Shown: in pieces, positions 14,983-24,154 of the stretch
Numbering within the stretch: position 1 is the stretch's first letter
Layout of the letters: every line of letters starts with the position of its first letter
DNA from: a virus
DNA: 45,878 nucleotides
IMG/VR virus record: IMGVR_UViG_3300047311_000827
Direction: 5' to 3' (one strand)
Notes under the pieces: model-generated
The model's input: only the letters and a program-made list of their open reading frames with translations
The model's database searches: none
Told to the model about the DNA's origin: nothing
Made by a program: the position numbers and the translations under genes

Positions 14983-15387
14983 CTAGACGCCGAACGCCTT
15001 GTCGACGTGAGGCTTCAGCCAGCCGTCCCACAGGACCTTGGCCATCCCGCTGTGGAGGAAGCCGAGCAGGAGGTTGGTCGCGAAGTTGTGCGGCTGGCCT
15101 CCGCCGGTGGCGGCGAGCGCGTTCGTGACGCCGCCCAGTGTCCCTAGGATATAGAGCACGACGTTGACCCAGGGGATGAGATCGTTGGACCAGTTCTTGG
15201 CGAAGGGCGCGAACTTCCAGATCATCCCGACTGCAACCATGATCAGCACCGCACTGCCCTTCAACCACGCGAGCAGGTTGACGGCGATCTCGGGATGGAT
15301 GGGCGACGGCGCCGGCGGCGCCTGAGCGAGGACGGTCGCGGCAACGAACAGCCCGACAACCGCCAGAAGCAGCTTGAGAATCTTCAT
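14983..15387 (-). CDS. Membrane protein with signal-like N-terminus and about 3 TM segments (holin candidate); last gene of the minus-strand unit
   Basis: MKILKLLLAVVGLFVAATVLAQA..., then hydrophobic stretches SAVLIMVAVGMIW and VNVVLYILGTLGGV. AGGAGG SD. Its position is next to the endolysin. Confidence 0.5.
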   Translation of the reverse strand: MKILKLLLAVVGLFVAATVLAQAPPAPSPIHPEIAVNLLAWLKGSAVLIMVAVGMIWKFAPFAKNWSNDLIPWVNVVLYILGTLGGVTNALAATGGGQPHNFATNLLLGFLHSGMAKVLWDGWLKPHVDKAFGV

Positions 15388-15397
15388 CCTGAGCCTC

Positions 15398-15802
15398 CTA
15401 TGGGGTGATGGGGACGACGTGACGTCTGTGCCTGAGATCCTCGATGGCGCTCTTCTGCTCGGCGCTCCCGTCGGGTTCTATGATCGCGACGACCGCGATC
15501 TCTACGACGTCCATCACGCGCTCGAATCGGATCGAGTCTTGGACTGCAGTGTTCCTCTGGGTTCTCTCCAGCCTCTCCAGGCCGGCTGAAGTCTCTGCGA
15601 TGTGCTGTCGGACGTCCATCGTCGACTTTCGGATGATCCAGCCGATGGTCGCAGAGCCGACCGCGACCACCATCCCTCCAGTGAGTATCCACAGCCTCAT
15701 GCGGCGGAACAAATCGTCGATCCGTCCGATGCCGACATGTATCTCGTTCATCTCTGGGCTCACGCGGCCTTCCTCCCTGGTGTCATCCTCGATGTCCGCC
15801 AT
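15398..15802 (-). CDS. Single-pass membrane protein (holin/antiholin or spanin-like lysis accessory)
   Basis: 134 aa with one TM segment, LWILTGGMVVAVGSATIGWII. The ATG overlaps the endolysin stop (TAATG). Confidence 0.45.
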   Translation of the reverse strand: MADIEDDTREEGRVSPEMNEIHVGIGRIDDLFRRMRLWILTGGMVVAVGSATIGWIIRKSTMDVRQHIAETSAGLERLERTQRNTAVQDSIRFERVMDVVEIAVVAIIEPDGSAEQKSAIEDLRHRRHVVPITP

Positions 15803-16323
15803 TAGTCCTCCACCCAGGCGATCCTGGCCGCGATCGCTCCATTCTTCTTGAACAGGGTTGCGTCTGTCTCCTGGATGGCGTCTCCATCGTTCCTATAGTT
15901 ACCAGCGGAGCAGTGGATGACTGCGATCGGACCGAGCTCGTTGCTCAGAGTGACGATGCCGATGTGTCCCTGCTTGTCTCCTCTGTCCGGCCACACGAGG
16001 ACGTCGCCGGGCATCACCAGGTTCCACGGGACCTCTGCAGCGAAGCCGAGAGGCGTCTTGGCGTCCTCGTATACGTTGCTGCACTCCAACCAGTCGCCTC
16101 CAGGGAGGTGAGGGATCGCTCCGTTCGGCAGGTAGCGATCCACTCCCATGGCCCAGGCGACGAAACCGCTGCAGTCGAGCTTCACGTCGGGAAGGCGAAG
16201 CTGGGGCGCGCGACCGCCGGCACCGAGTGAGTAGATCGTCGGCCTGCCGATGGCGCTGCGCGCACGATCGACCACCTGCTTCCTGGTCATGATCCCCAGA
16301 GACTTCGCCACCAGTTCCTCCAC
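15802..16323 (-). CDS. NlpC/P60-type cysteine peptidase endolysin
   Basis: LDCSGFVAWAMG (catalytic Cys) and QGHIGIV (His). The start is uncertain: GTG at 16323, an internal GTG, or ATG at 16290. Confidence 0.7.
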   Translation of the reverse strand: MEELVAKSLGIMTRKQVVDRARSAIGRPTIYSLGAGGRAPQLRLPDVKLDCSGFVAWAMGVDRYLPNGAIPHLPGGDWLECSNVYEDAKTPLGFAAEVPWNLVMPGDVLVWPDRGDKQGHIGIVTLSNELGPIAVIHCSAGNYRNDGDAIQETDATLFKKNGAIAARIAWVED

Positions 16324-16389
16324 TACGCCGGCTCACCGCGCGCTACGACGAGAAGGCGGGTTCCTCGCTTTCGCGCGCGGCTCACCGGG

Positions 16390-17154
16390 TCACTCAGAAT
16401 CGGGTCCGTCTGACTCGTCCTCCGGCGTGCCGGAGCCAATCCCGAAGCGGCCGAGGAGCGTCGCGGCAACGGTCCCGGCGATCGCCGACTGGAGGAGGCC
16501 GGACGCGCCCTTGGCCATCGTGTGGTTCATGGACGCGACCACCTGCTCGTGGAGCATCGCCGGCAGCACCTCGTTGGTGGTGTGGATCGCTACCGAGTAG
16601 AAGTGGAGACGGCGCTGGATGTCCTCGGACGCCACGAACCGATACAGGGTCTTGATCGCGCCGCCCTCCCTGATGAAGACGCCGCGGTTCTTGATCACGA
16701 ACACTGGTCCCATGGGCGACGTGCCGCGAAGTTGCGATCCCTGGCGGTGGAGGTTCAGTCGGCTGAGGTACATCCCTGGAGGGACGCTCTCCCTCTGTGA
16801 CGGCCTGGCGCCGCCCACGATCGGGATCGCGATGTTGGCGCCCAACTCCGGATGCTGGCTGCCGCCCTCCTCGAACTGCGAGAGCCTCAACCTCTTCTTC
16901 TGCCCGATGCGGATCATCGCCCACATGCGTCCGACCGTCGGCCTGGCGAACGGCTTGATGATCGCGATCTGACGGAGGATGAACTTCGACTTCCTCACGG
17001 TGACGTCTTCCTGGATCTTGAGGCGCTGCCTCTCCTGTATGAGTTTCATCGTCGCGTTGATCGAGTTGGAGATGGCATACGCCTTCTGGCGCTCGCTGAG
17101 GAGTAGGGCTTCCAGGACGAAGTTGTCCTTGAGTTCCGCCTCCATGGTGACCAT
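16390..17154 (-). CDS. Hypothetical protein (254 aa), possible virion/morphogenesis protein
   Basis: The ATG overlaps the upstream stop (TGATG). It lies between the tail genes and the lysis genes. No firm motif. Confidence 0.6.
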   Translation of the reverse strand: MVTMEAELKDNFVLEALLLSERQKAYAISNSINATMKLIQERQRLKIQEDVTVRKSKFILRQIAIIKPFARPTVGRMWAMIRIGQKKRLRLSQFEEGGSQHPELGANIAIPIVGGARPSQRESVPPGMYLSRLNLHRQGSQLRGTSPMGPVFVIKNRGVFIREGGAIKTLYRFVASEDIQRRLHFYSVAIHTTNEVLPAMLHEQVVASMNHTMAKGASGLLQSAIAGTVAATLLGRFGIGSGTPEDESDGPDSE

Positions 17155-17588
17155 CAGACGGGGAGGAGGCCGTCCTGCCCCATGTACAGCTTGTCGGTCT
17201 CATTCTCGTACACGACCCACGCATCGACCGTGACGCTGGGAACGTCCGGTCCAGCCACTGCGGCGACGAGACGCAGTGTGATATACGGCCAGCCCATGTA
17301 TGGAACACCGGTCGCCACGGTGATGACCACTGGCATCGGGTTCGTGAGGCTGAGTACGTGACCGCTCACGCCGTCGCCGAGAAGGTTGGTACCTGCCGGG
17401 TTGAAGAAACCGCCGCTCCCCGTGCCAGATCCAATCCACGTGCACGGCTGCGGCGCACCGCCGCCGTTGCCGTACACCAGGAAGTGAATGGCCTTTGCAC
17501 CCAGACACGGGATGTACTTCGTGAACAGCTGGTTGTTGGTCACGAGAGTCTGGTTGTCGATGACCTTCGGGTATTTGAACGTCTTCAC
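17154..17588 (-). CDS. Small tail-module protein, paralog B of a tandem pair
   Basis: 144 aa, GTG start with a GGAGGTG SD. About 60% identical by eye to the 17601-18047 product. Confidence 0.65.
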   Translation of the reverse strand: MKTFKYPKVIDNQTLVTNNQLFTKYIPCLGAKAIHFLVYGNGGGAPQPCTWIGSGTGSGGFFNPAGTNLLGDGVSGHVLSLTNPMPVVITVATGVPYMGWPYITLRLVAAVAGPDVPSVTVDAWVVYENETDKLYMGQDGLLPV

Positions 17589-17600
17589 CGCGCACCTCCG

Positions 17601-18047
17601 TCAGGCCGGCAGCAGTCCGTCCTGACCGTTGACCAGCTTGTCAGTCTCGTTCTCATAGATCACATAGGCATCGACAGTGACGTTGGTGACGTCGTTGGCT
17701 GGAGACGCGCCGGCGTTGCCGATCAGTCTCAAGATCAGGTAAGGCCACCCAAGATAGAAGAGACTGGGGGTGGGGTAGAACGTGACTGACATCGGGTTCG
17801 TCGGAGTGAGGGCGTGGCCGTTCACGCCGTCGGCGGTCGCCAATCCAGCGGGTGCGAAGAATCCTCCGCTAGGAATCCCTGATCCGATGGTGTTGATGGC
17901 CTGAGGCGCGCCGCCTACGGCAGCTCCGACAACGAGGAACACAATCGCCTTGGCTCCCTGGCACGGGATGTACTTCGTGTTGAGTGCGCCGCCAGCGGCA
18001 ACGAGCGTCTGGTTGTCGATGACCTTCGGGTACTTGAATACCTTCAC
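17601..18047 (-). CDS. Small tail-module protein, paralog A of a tandem pair
   Basis: 148 aa, GTG start. It shares MK(V/T)FKYPKVIDNQTLV...TKYIPC.GAKAI.FLV...GGAPQ...GWPY..LRL...TVDA.V.YENETDKL..GQDGLLP with its neighbour. Confidence 0.65.
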   Translation of the reverse strand: MKVFKYPKVIDNQTLVAAGGALNTKYIPCQGAKAIVFLVVGAAVGGAPQAINTIGSGIPSGGFFAPAGLATADGVNGHALTPTNPMSVTFYPTPSLFYLGWPYLILRLIGNAGASPANDVTNVTVDAYVIYENETDKLVNGQDGLLPA

Positions 18048-18054
18048 GGTGTCC

Positions 18055-21000
18055 TCACTCCGCTGAGATCGCGAGGATCTCGGTTGAGTAGTTCGGGCCG
18101 AGACCCTGATCGACCTGCAAGATCCTCATGGTCTTCCCGACCCACGATCCGTCAGAACCATACCTCGGGAACGCCACCTTCGGGTTGATCGTCGCGTCGA
18201 ACTGGAACGTCATCATGCGATGCGCGTCCGGCATCCTGAACGTGTTGAACCTCACGATTGTTCGAGGCTTCGCTGAGAAGTCGAAGAGGCGATTGCGGAA
18301 CTCGACCGCCGTCACCTCGTCGCGGATGAAGTCCGCCACGACCTGATCCTCGTCTCGCGGCCCGTAGTAGCTGACGAATGTTGCGGCGTCGGTCTCCCTG
18401 GTCCCGCGGGTGTATCCACCGGTGTTGTTGTTCACGAATCCGGAATCCGTCTTGTCGTACCCCATCGTCGTGGCGCAGTTGGTCGCAGCGTTGGTGCCGC
18501 TCGACCACTTGTTGTTGAAGATGCTGGACGAGTTGACGCTGAACCAGAAGCGGTCTCGGTAGCGAGGGATCGCCGCAGTGATCGATGCCGCGTAGGTGCC
18601 GCCGCCTGGAGAGATGCTCAGGTTGCCCATGGCCTTGTTCGCAGACGTCCCAGTGCCAGGCGGTACTCCGGCGTCTAGACCGCACATCTCCATCGTGTCG
18701 CCGGCGATCGTCCATGTGAACAGGTTCACGGAGTGGTCGTAGGAGCATCCGATCGTGACGCCGACTGGGACCACGGTATTCATCGCCCGCGCACATTCAG
18801 CAGCTAGACTCTCTGCCGTGTAGTCGCCTGGGTTCAAAGTCGCAGTGTGGTTCGTCGGCCCAGTGGCCCGTATGAACGCGATGACGTCGTTGTAGCCCGC
18901 CTTGATCGAGAAACCCCAGCCGACGCTGAGTTCGGTGCCGCCAGAGGCGACGCGCATCTTCCCCTGGACCTCCGACGCCAAGTCGATCGCCTTGGTATAC
19001 GTGGTTGCAGTCAGAGTGAGGTGCTGGTCCGTGGCAGCGAAGTTGTAGTCGAGACGATCGTTGACGCCGCCGACGATCTTGAGGAGCTGGTCGCGGGTCG
19101 TGGGACTCGTGAAGCCCTGACTGCTGCCGCTGTCATTGACGAAGGCCTCGAACAGCGTCTTACCCTTGAAGTTGTCGTAACCATACTTGATGCGGATCGC
19201 GTGGCGCACGTCTACGGTGCTGGTCTCCTCGGCGGTGAAGGACCCGGTGTCGTCCCACCCGATCGCGATGTCATACTCGGATATTGCGCCGACCTTCCAG
19301 GGGTACGCAAGCCACTTGTTCGAGAGGCGATCGAGATACACGCAGAGACCGCCCTGGAGCGCGATCGCCTGGGCCGCCCTCTGGACCGTCGTGCGATCTC
19401 CGAGCCACGCTGCGAGCTTGATGTCACTCGCCTGGCCGTTGCGGAGAGTGGATCTCACGTCAACGAAGCTGCCGGAGACGCCCGCGCCCGTCTGGAAGTC
19501 GGAACCGGCGACGCCACCGTACGTGACCATCAGGTGCCGGAGTATGTCCGGCGGCTTCTCGATCAGCGAGGCCGATACGCCGGTGAACGTTCCAGGGAAG
19601 TCGTCGGGTTGCCCCTGGATGTTTCCGTAGAACTGACCCTCGAGCTTCAGTGTCGGTTCAACGATGATGTCAACTTCCTTGAGATAGTTCCTGCTGCGCC
19701 GTGACTTGTGGCCCGACTGAACGACGTAAGTCTTGGTCAGCGATCCAGGAGTCACCGTGCTCCTCTGTGGTCTGTACTTCACCACGAGGGCCACCCAGTA
19801 GATGCTAGCCTTGTTCGCCGCGCCGGCGACGAAGTCGATGCGCACATCCCAAGCGTGCGTGGTGCCGCCTGATCCGAAGTCCCACGCCTGAGTCGGCCCC
19901 CAGTCCGCCGTGGCCCAGGTCCCGGTCTGCACAGCGGGCGTCGTCGCGGTGGCGACCCAGTTCGCAGTCGTAGTGCCGAAGCCCACCGCAGGATTGCGCG
20001 ACTGAATCCTGAGGTTGTTCGCGTTGCCGGCATTCCCTGACCAGGCGACGTAGTACTGCACGGACTGGACCTGACCCAGGTTGTTCGCGTTCGGCAAGAT
20101 CAGCTGCAGTATGCCGTGGGTAGTGCTCTGGTCGAGGGACGCGAAGCTCGTCTCATCGAAAGGGTCCATGGCCCTCTTAGGATTGGTGGCGGTGTTCTCG
20201 CTCGCCCTCACGTCCATCGGGATGATCGCGGCGTAGGCGACCGTGTTCTCGTCGGTGATCTCGAGCTTCGACTCGCCCACGGCCAGAGTCGCAGTGATCC
20301 CGGTGACGTCCAGAGGACTGAGGAGGTTGCCGCCAACAATGAACGCCGTCCTGCCGTTCGCTCTGCTCAGAATGTCCGTACACAGGTGGCAGGCGGCGAC
20401 GAGTTTCACTTTCGCGGCGCCGACGCCAGAGTCCACCAGGATCAGCGGCACCGCTCCCAGACCGGCACCAGAGTCTTCCTGGAGAGACTTGTTAGCGAGG
20501 GCCGAGGTCCAGGGCGTGCGCATGTTCAATGCGTTGAAGTTGCCATACGCGATCGGGATGGGCTGACCCTGCGATCCGTCTGGCGAGTCGGGGTAGCTCA
20601 CCTTGTCGACGACCGTCGGCGGCACCAGTTTGTTCCAGGCCATATCCTGGAGCAGGTAGAGGCTCACACCAGACACCGACATCTCGACCGGCCTGGATAC
20701 GCGTCCCTTGAACACCTGGAGAGCATCGCTGAACGAGGTCAGCGTCGCCTCCCACAGGTAGATCGTGACCACCGCGTTCTGGAAGAGGAAGCTGGAGAGG
20801 AGATCGTGGATCGTGCCGCCAGTCGAACTCTGGCTCGCGTCGCGAACCTTCGCGAACCTGATCGTGGCGTCCACTGGGTCCATACCCGTGCCCAGAAGAT
20901 CGACGGACTCCCTGACCGTCTCGCAGGTCACGCCCTCCTGCCACGTATTGCCGTCTGGCGTGTGGGTCTCGTGCGTCGCATATCTCAGGGTCCTGGAACT

Positions 21001-21081
21001 CGGTACCGTGAGATCGATCTGAACGAGCGTGACCCGAGACGCCGTGTAGCTGCGCCACGCGTTCTTGAATGCCGTAGTCAC
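18055..21081 (-). CDS. Large tail tip / host-specificity protein (Tal/J-like)
   Basis: 1008 aa, GTG start overlapping the upstream stop (GTGA). It is the second gene after the tape measure. GQPIPIAYGNF resembles the J/Phage-tail_3 motif. Confidence 0.6.
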   Translation of the reverse strand: MTTAFKNAWRSYTASRVTLVQIDLTVPSSRTLRYATHETHTPDGNTWQEGVTCETVRESVDLLGTGMDPVDATIRFAKVRDASQSSTGGTIHDLLSSFLFQNAVVTIYLWEATLTSFSDALQVFKGRVSRPVEMSVSGVSLYLLQDMAWNKLVPPTVVDKVSYPDSPDGSQGQPIPIAYGNFNALNMRTPWTSALANKSLQEDSGAGLGAVPLILVDSGVGAAKVKLVAACHLCTDILSRANGRTAFIVGGNLLSPLDVTGITATLAVGESKLEITDENTVAYAAIIPMDVRASENTATNPKRAMDPFDETSFASLDQSTTHGILQLILPNANNLGQVQSVQYYVAWSGNAGNANNLRIQSRNPAVGFGTTTANWVATATTPAVQTGTWATADWGPTQAWDFGSGGTTHAWDVRIDFVAGAANKASIYWVALVVKYRPQRSTVTPGSLTKTYVVQSGHKSRRSRNYLKEVDIIVEPTLKLEGQFYGNIQGQPDDFPGTFTGVSASLIEKPPDILRHLMVTYGGVAGSDFQTGAGVSGSFVDVRSTLRNGQASDIKLAAWLGDRTTVQRAAQAIALQGGLCVYLDRLSNKWLAYPWKVGAISEYDIAIGWDDTGSFTAEETSTVDVRHAIRIKYGYDNFKGKTLFEAFVNDSGSSQGFTSPTTRDQLLKIVGGVNDRLDYNFAATDQHLTLTATTYTKAIDLASEVQGKMRVASGGTELSVGWGFSIKAGYNDVIAFIRATGPTNHTATLNPGDYTAESLAAECARAMNTVVPVGVTIGCSYDHSVNLFTWTIAGDTMEMCGLDAGVPPGTGTSANKAMGNLSISPGGGTYAASITAAIPRYRDRFWFSVNSSSIFNNKWSSGTNAATNCATTMGYDKTDSGFVNNNTGGYTRGTRETDAATFVSYYGPRDEDQVVADFIRDEVTAVEFRNRLFDFSAKPRTIVRFNTFRMPDAHRMMTFQFDATINPKVAFPRYGSDGSWVGKTMRILQVDQGLGPNYSTEILAISAE

Positions 21082-21881
21082 GGCAACCTCACGAGCGTGA
21101 CATCGATGTCCCAGGTGTTGGAGAAGCCCTTGGTCTCCGTGTACTGACCGTCTTTCAAGAAGACTTCATAGATGTGGTCTTCCCAGTCCAGGAACGCGAT
21201 CGAGCCGCGCTGGAGGAACGCCTGGACCCAGGCATCCCTGACCGTCGAGGACGCGCTCCTCCAGGGATGCGTGAACATCATGCCGTCGTCTCCCAGGATC
21301 GAGATGACGGTCACCCCTGACGGCAGTGGGATCTCCAGGCGGTTCTTCATCGGCGTGCGCGTGCCGCCAGGCGAGTGGATGCCCCCCAGGTCGGTCATCG
21401 ATCCCACGAAGAACTTGCCCAGGGAGAAGACCACGTTCGCGAGAGACGGGCTGATCGTGAACCTCACCGATCTGACGTTGGCCACCGGCGAGAACGTGAC
21501 GAAGTCATCCCTGAACGAGTTGAGCCCGAGATTCCCCATCGATCCCTGGAACGTCCAGGTGCCGCCTGGAGTGTAGGCTCCGGTCTGAGTCGAGAAGTCG
21601 AGGAAGAAGCCGCCGACGCTCGACAACCTGGACCCGAAAGCCGCAGCCGTGTCGATCGTGAACGCCGCGCCGAGATCGAAGTCGACGTTGTATTGAGTTG
21701 GCGTCGAGAGCGGACTCGACTTCCACAGCGTGTAGCGATCCGGCGTCAGGAGGTTCGCCATGACGTACGGCGCGGTCTCGATCAACGCCGGGGCGCCGCC
21801 GCCGGTGCCGTTCTTGAGCAGCACGCCCGGATTCCGGTCCAGGGTGAGGCGGTTGAGGAGCAGCAGTCTGGTGTTCGACAT
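21078..21881 (-). CDS. Distal tail protein (Dit)-like
   Basis: 267 aa, immediately downstream of the tape measure (TGATG overlap). The call rests on position and size only. Confidence 0.45.
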   Translation of the reverse strand: MSNTRLLLLNRLTLDRNPGVLLKNGTGGGAPALIETAPYVMANLLTPDRYTLWKSSPLSTPTQYNVDFDLGAAFTIDTAAAFGSRLSSVGGFFLDFSTQTGAYTPGGTWTFQGSMGNLGLNSFRDDFVTFSPVANVRSVRFTISPSLANVVFSLGKFFVGSMTDLGGIHSPGGTRTPMKNRLEIPLPSGVTVISILGDDGMMFTHPWRSASSTVRDAWVQAFLQRGSIAFLDWEDHIYEVFLKDGQYTETKGFSNTWDIDVTLVRLP

Positions 21882-23440
21882 CAGGACACCGCCGCGAGTT
21901 CACGAATGCGCGAGTTCGCCGACCGCATCTGTCCGGTGGGCGAGAGCATGGACTGGATCAGATCCTTGGCGCTGATCGTCTGGATGATGAACGTGTCGCC
22001 ACCGCTAGGACTGGTCGGAGCAGAGCTCACGATGTTTCCACCCGCGAGTTTCGAGCCGACGCCGCCGACGAACGGCGCGAGCGGTCCGGTGAACGGCGCG
22101 ATGGCCAGCAAACCGAGACCGATGCCCATCTGCGCCGCGGATTGGATCACGTCGTCCAGGATGGACTTCATGAGGTGGTGGAACGCGGAGCCGATGCTCT
22201 CGGTGCCCAGAATCACGTTGGAGATCGTCGCTGAGATGCTGCTCGCCACGGCCTGCTCGGTCTGCTTCAAGGCCTCGGCGACGGCTTTACCCCTGATCGC
22301 CATCTCGTCCATGGCGGGATCGAACTTCTCCTTGATCACCTTGGTGGCCTCGAGGGTCGACATGTACACCTTGTCCCATGCCTTCGCGGCGTCCTCTGCG
22401 GCGTTCTTGCCGCCCTCGCCACGGAGCTTCATCTTGTCTGCGTCTGCGGCTCCCTTGATGTTGGGCAGGAGCGCGAAAATGCCGTGAAGATCGGGGAACA
22501 GATCCTCAGGCGGCGGCATCGTCGTCTTGGCCTTGGTCCCAGACGTCGTGGGGAATCCCTGGTCGGTCAACTGAACGCCGTGGGCGCCGGCCATGACCCG
22601 AGTCATCAGATCGCTGAATGCCTTGGCTGGATTGGCGACGATCTCAGCGATCGACTGGAAGACGTTGACGGTGGAGTCCCAGAACTTCTTCAGCGCTTCC
22701 TCCAGTTGCCTGATGATGTCGAGTAGGCCAGTGAGGCTCTGCAGGATCACGGTCGTCGGACCGACTGCGATCTGCGAGAACAACAGACCCACTCCGGCCC
22801 AGGCGGCGTGCATGTCCTTGACGCTAGCGGTCAGGGCGGCCGTCTTGTTCACTGCGTCGTTGCCGATTATGGAGTTGAATATCCTGGCGCGGTCGGCGGT
22901 AGCGTCGAGGCCGTCCGCGATGTCCTTTGCGGAGCCGATCAACTCTCCGGCGCCGCGCCCCATCAAGGTCATCGCGTCGTTGGTTGCGTCGAACTGGTTG
23001 GTCGCGTCGGCGACGTGCTTGATCAGATCGGTGAACGCCGAGGCCGTGTCCGTGGTGTTCAGGTGGAGCTTCTCGACCAGCGGGTTGTGCAGGGCGATGT
23101 TTCTGTTGAGCTGCTGGAGTGAAATGTTCAGGCCTGAGGCGCTGCCGCCGCTGTCGATGATCGCCTGCTTGAGGAGTTGGTACTGCTGGATACTGAGGCC
23201 GGTGCGCCGGGACGAGTTCTCGAGCTGGGTCACGATCTCTTCGTAGTGGACCCCGGCGACGGCCAAGGACGTGGCGATCCCAGCTACCGCCACGGCGACA
23301 GCTCCGAGCGGGCCGGCCGAGGCCACAGTCTCGGCGAGACCCTGGTTCATGCCCGTGATCTGCGAGGCGATCTTCTGGATCACCGCGCTAGACTCATCCT
23401 TGGCTCGGATGATGAACTCTACCGCTCCACCGTCTGCCAT
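21881..23440 (-). CDS. Tail tape measure protein
   Basis: 519 aa, Ala/Gly-rich and helical, with hydrophobic segments (GPLGAVAVAVAGIATSLAVAG near the N-terminus, MGIGLGLLAIAPFTGPLAPFVGG near the C-terminus). It follows the chaperone pair. Confidence 0.75.
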   Translation of the reverse strand: MADGGAVEFIIRAKDESSAVIQKIASQITGMNQGLAETVASAGPLGAVAVAVAGIATSLAVAGVHYEEIVTQLENSSRRTGLSIQQYQLLKQAIIDSGGSASGLNISLQQLNRNIALHNPLVEKLHLNTTDTASAFTDLIKHVADATNQFDATNDAMTLMGRGAGELIGSAKDIADGLDATADRARIFNSIIGNDAVNKTAALTASVKDMHAAWAGVGLLFSQIAVGPTTVILQSLTGLLDIIRQLEEALKKFWDSTVNVFQSIAEIVANPAKAFSDLMTRVMAGAHGVQLTDQGFPTTSGTKAKTTMPPPEDLFPDLHGIFALLPNIKGAADADKMKLRGEGGKNAAEDAAKAWDKVYMSTLEATKVIKEKFDPAMDEMAIRGKAVAEALKQTEQAVASSISATISNVILGTESIGSAFHHLMKSILDDVIQSAAQMGIGLGLLAIAPFTGPLAPFVGGVGSKLAGGNIVSSAPTSPSGGDTFIIQTISAKDLIQSMLSPTGQMRSANSRIRELAAVS

Positions 23441-23727
23441 CAGCCCACCTCGTGCAGGATCATCTTCAGGGTAGCGATCACTCGAGCGATGCCCAAGTCG
23501 TCTCCCTCGCTGCAGGAACTCATCGCCAACCTGAACATCGTGTCAACGTAGATGTCGTGAGCCCTCATCACCGTGAAGTCGAATGCGAGCTGCCCAGCCT
23601 CACTGCACTTGAGCCTCATCAGGCTTGCCGGCGACTTCCGTCTGGCCCGCGCCATTCTCCACAGCTCCCACGCCGCCAGGGCTCCCTTCTCCCCCTCCAT
23701 CATGAAAGGAAGCTTCCTTGGCGGCAC
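23440..23727 (-). CDS. Tail assembly chaperone T-frame ORF (frameshift extension or independently initiated at ATG 23703)
   Basis: It overlaps the 3' 128 nt of the upstream ORF in the +1 frame. The track start is a GTG with no usable SD spacing. The ATG at 23701-23703 has AAGGAAG 9 nt upstream. Confidence 0.5.
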   Translation of the reverse strand: MPPRKLPFMMEGEKGALAAWELWRMARARRKSPASLMRLKCSEAGQLAFDFTVMRAHDIYVDTMFRLAMSSCSEGDDLGIARVIATLKMILHEVG

Positions 23728-24127
23728 CTCCGACGCCGCTCAGTTCAAGGACGGCGTTGACCAGCGACAACCTCTCCTCGAGCCTGATGAAGCGGGCATC
23801 GATGCTGCCCTGGACCTTGTGTGCGTCGTCGAAGTGGAACGCCGGCCGGATCGTCGGGTTGCCCTCGGCGTCGGCGAGCGCCGTGCCGGCGTGGATCAAC
23901 TCCGGAGTCATCGCCTCGGCGATCCTCATGACTTCCATCGGGTCTCGTTCCCTCAGTTTGTCGCCGTCGGCACTCCTGAGTCCAGGCATGCCGTACATCT
24001 TGGCCAGCGTCAACTCGTCGATCGGCTCGCAGTAGATCTTCACGGGCTCGCCCGACTTCGTCTTGAGATACTGGAGCGTGACGATCCTGGTGGGGATCGC
24101 CACGTCCTCAGCCTTGGTGACGTCCAT
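23600..24127 (-). CDS. Tail assembly chaperone (gpG-like)
   Basis: 175 aa, acidic, between the tube and tape measure genes, with a low-complexity Gly-rich tail. Confidence 0.6.
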   Translation of the reverse strand: MDVTKAEDVAIPTRIVTLQYLKTKSGEPVKIYCEPIDELTLAKMYGMPGLRSADGDKLRERDPMEVMRIAEAMTPELIHAGTALADAEGNPTIRPAFHFDDAHKVQGSIDARFIRLEERLSLVNAVLELSGVGGAAKEASFHDGGGEGSPGGVGAVENGAGQTEVAGKPDEAQVQ

Positions 24128-24154
24128 TCTTTGAACCCGCCTTTCAGATTGGAC

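Noticed and set aside
17154-18047. Diversity-generating retroelement acting on the duplicated small genes
   Set aside because: There is no reverse transcriptase gene and no template-repeat/variable-repeat pair with adenine-specific differences anywhere in the genome.
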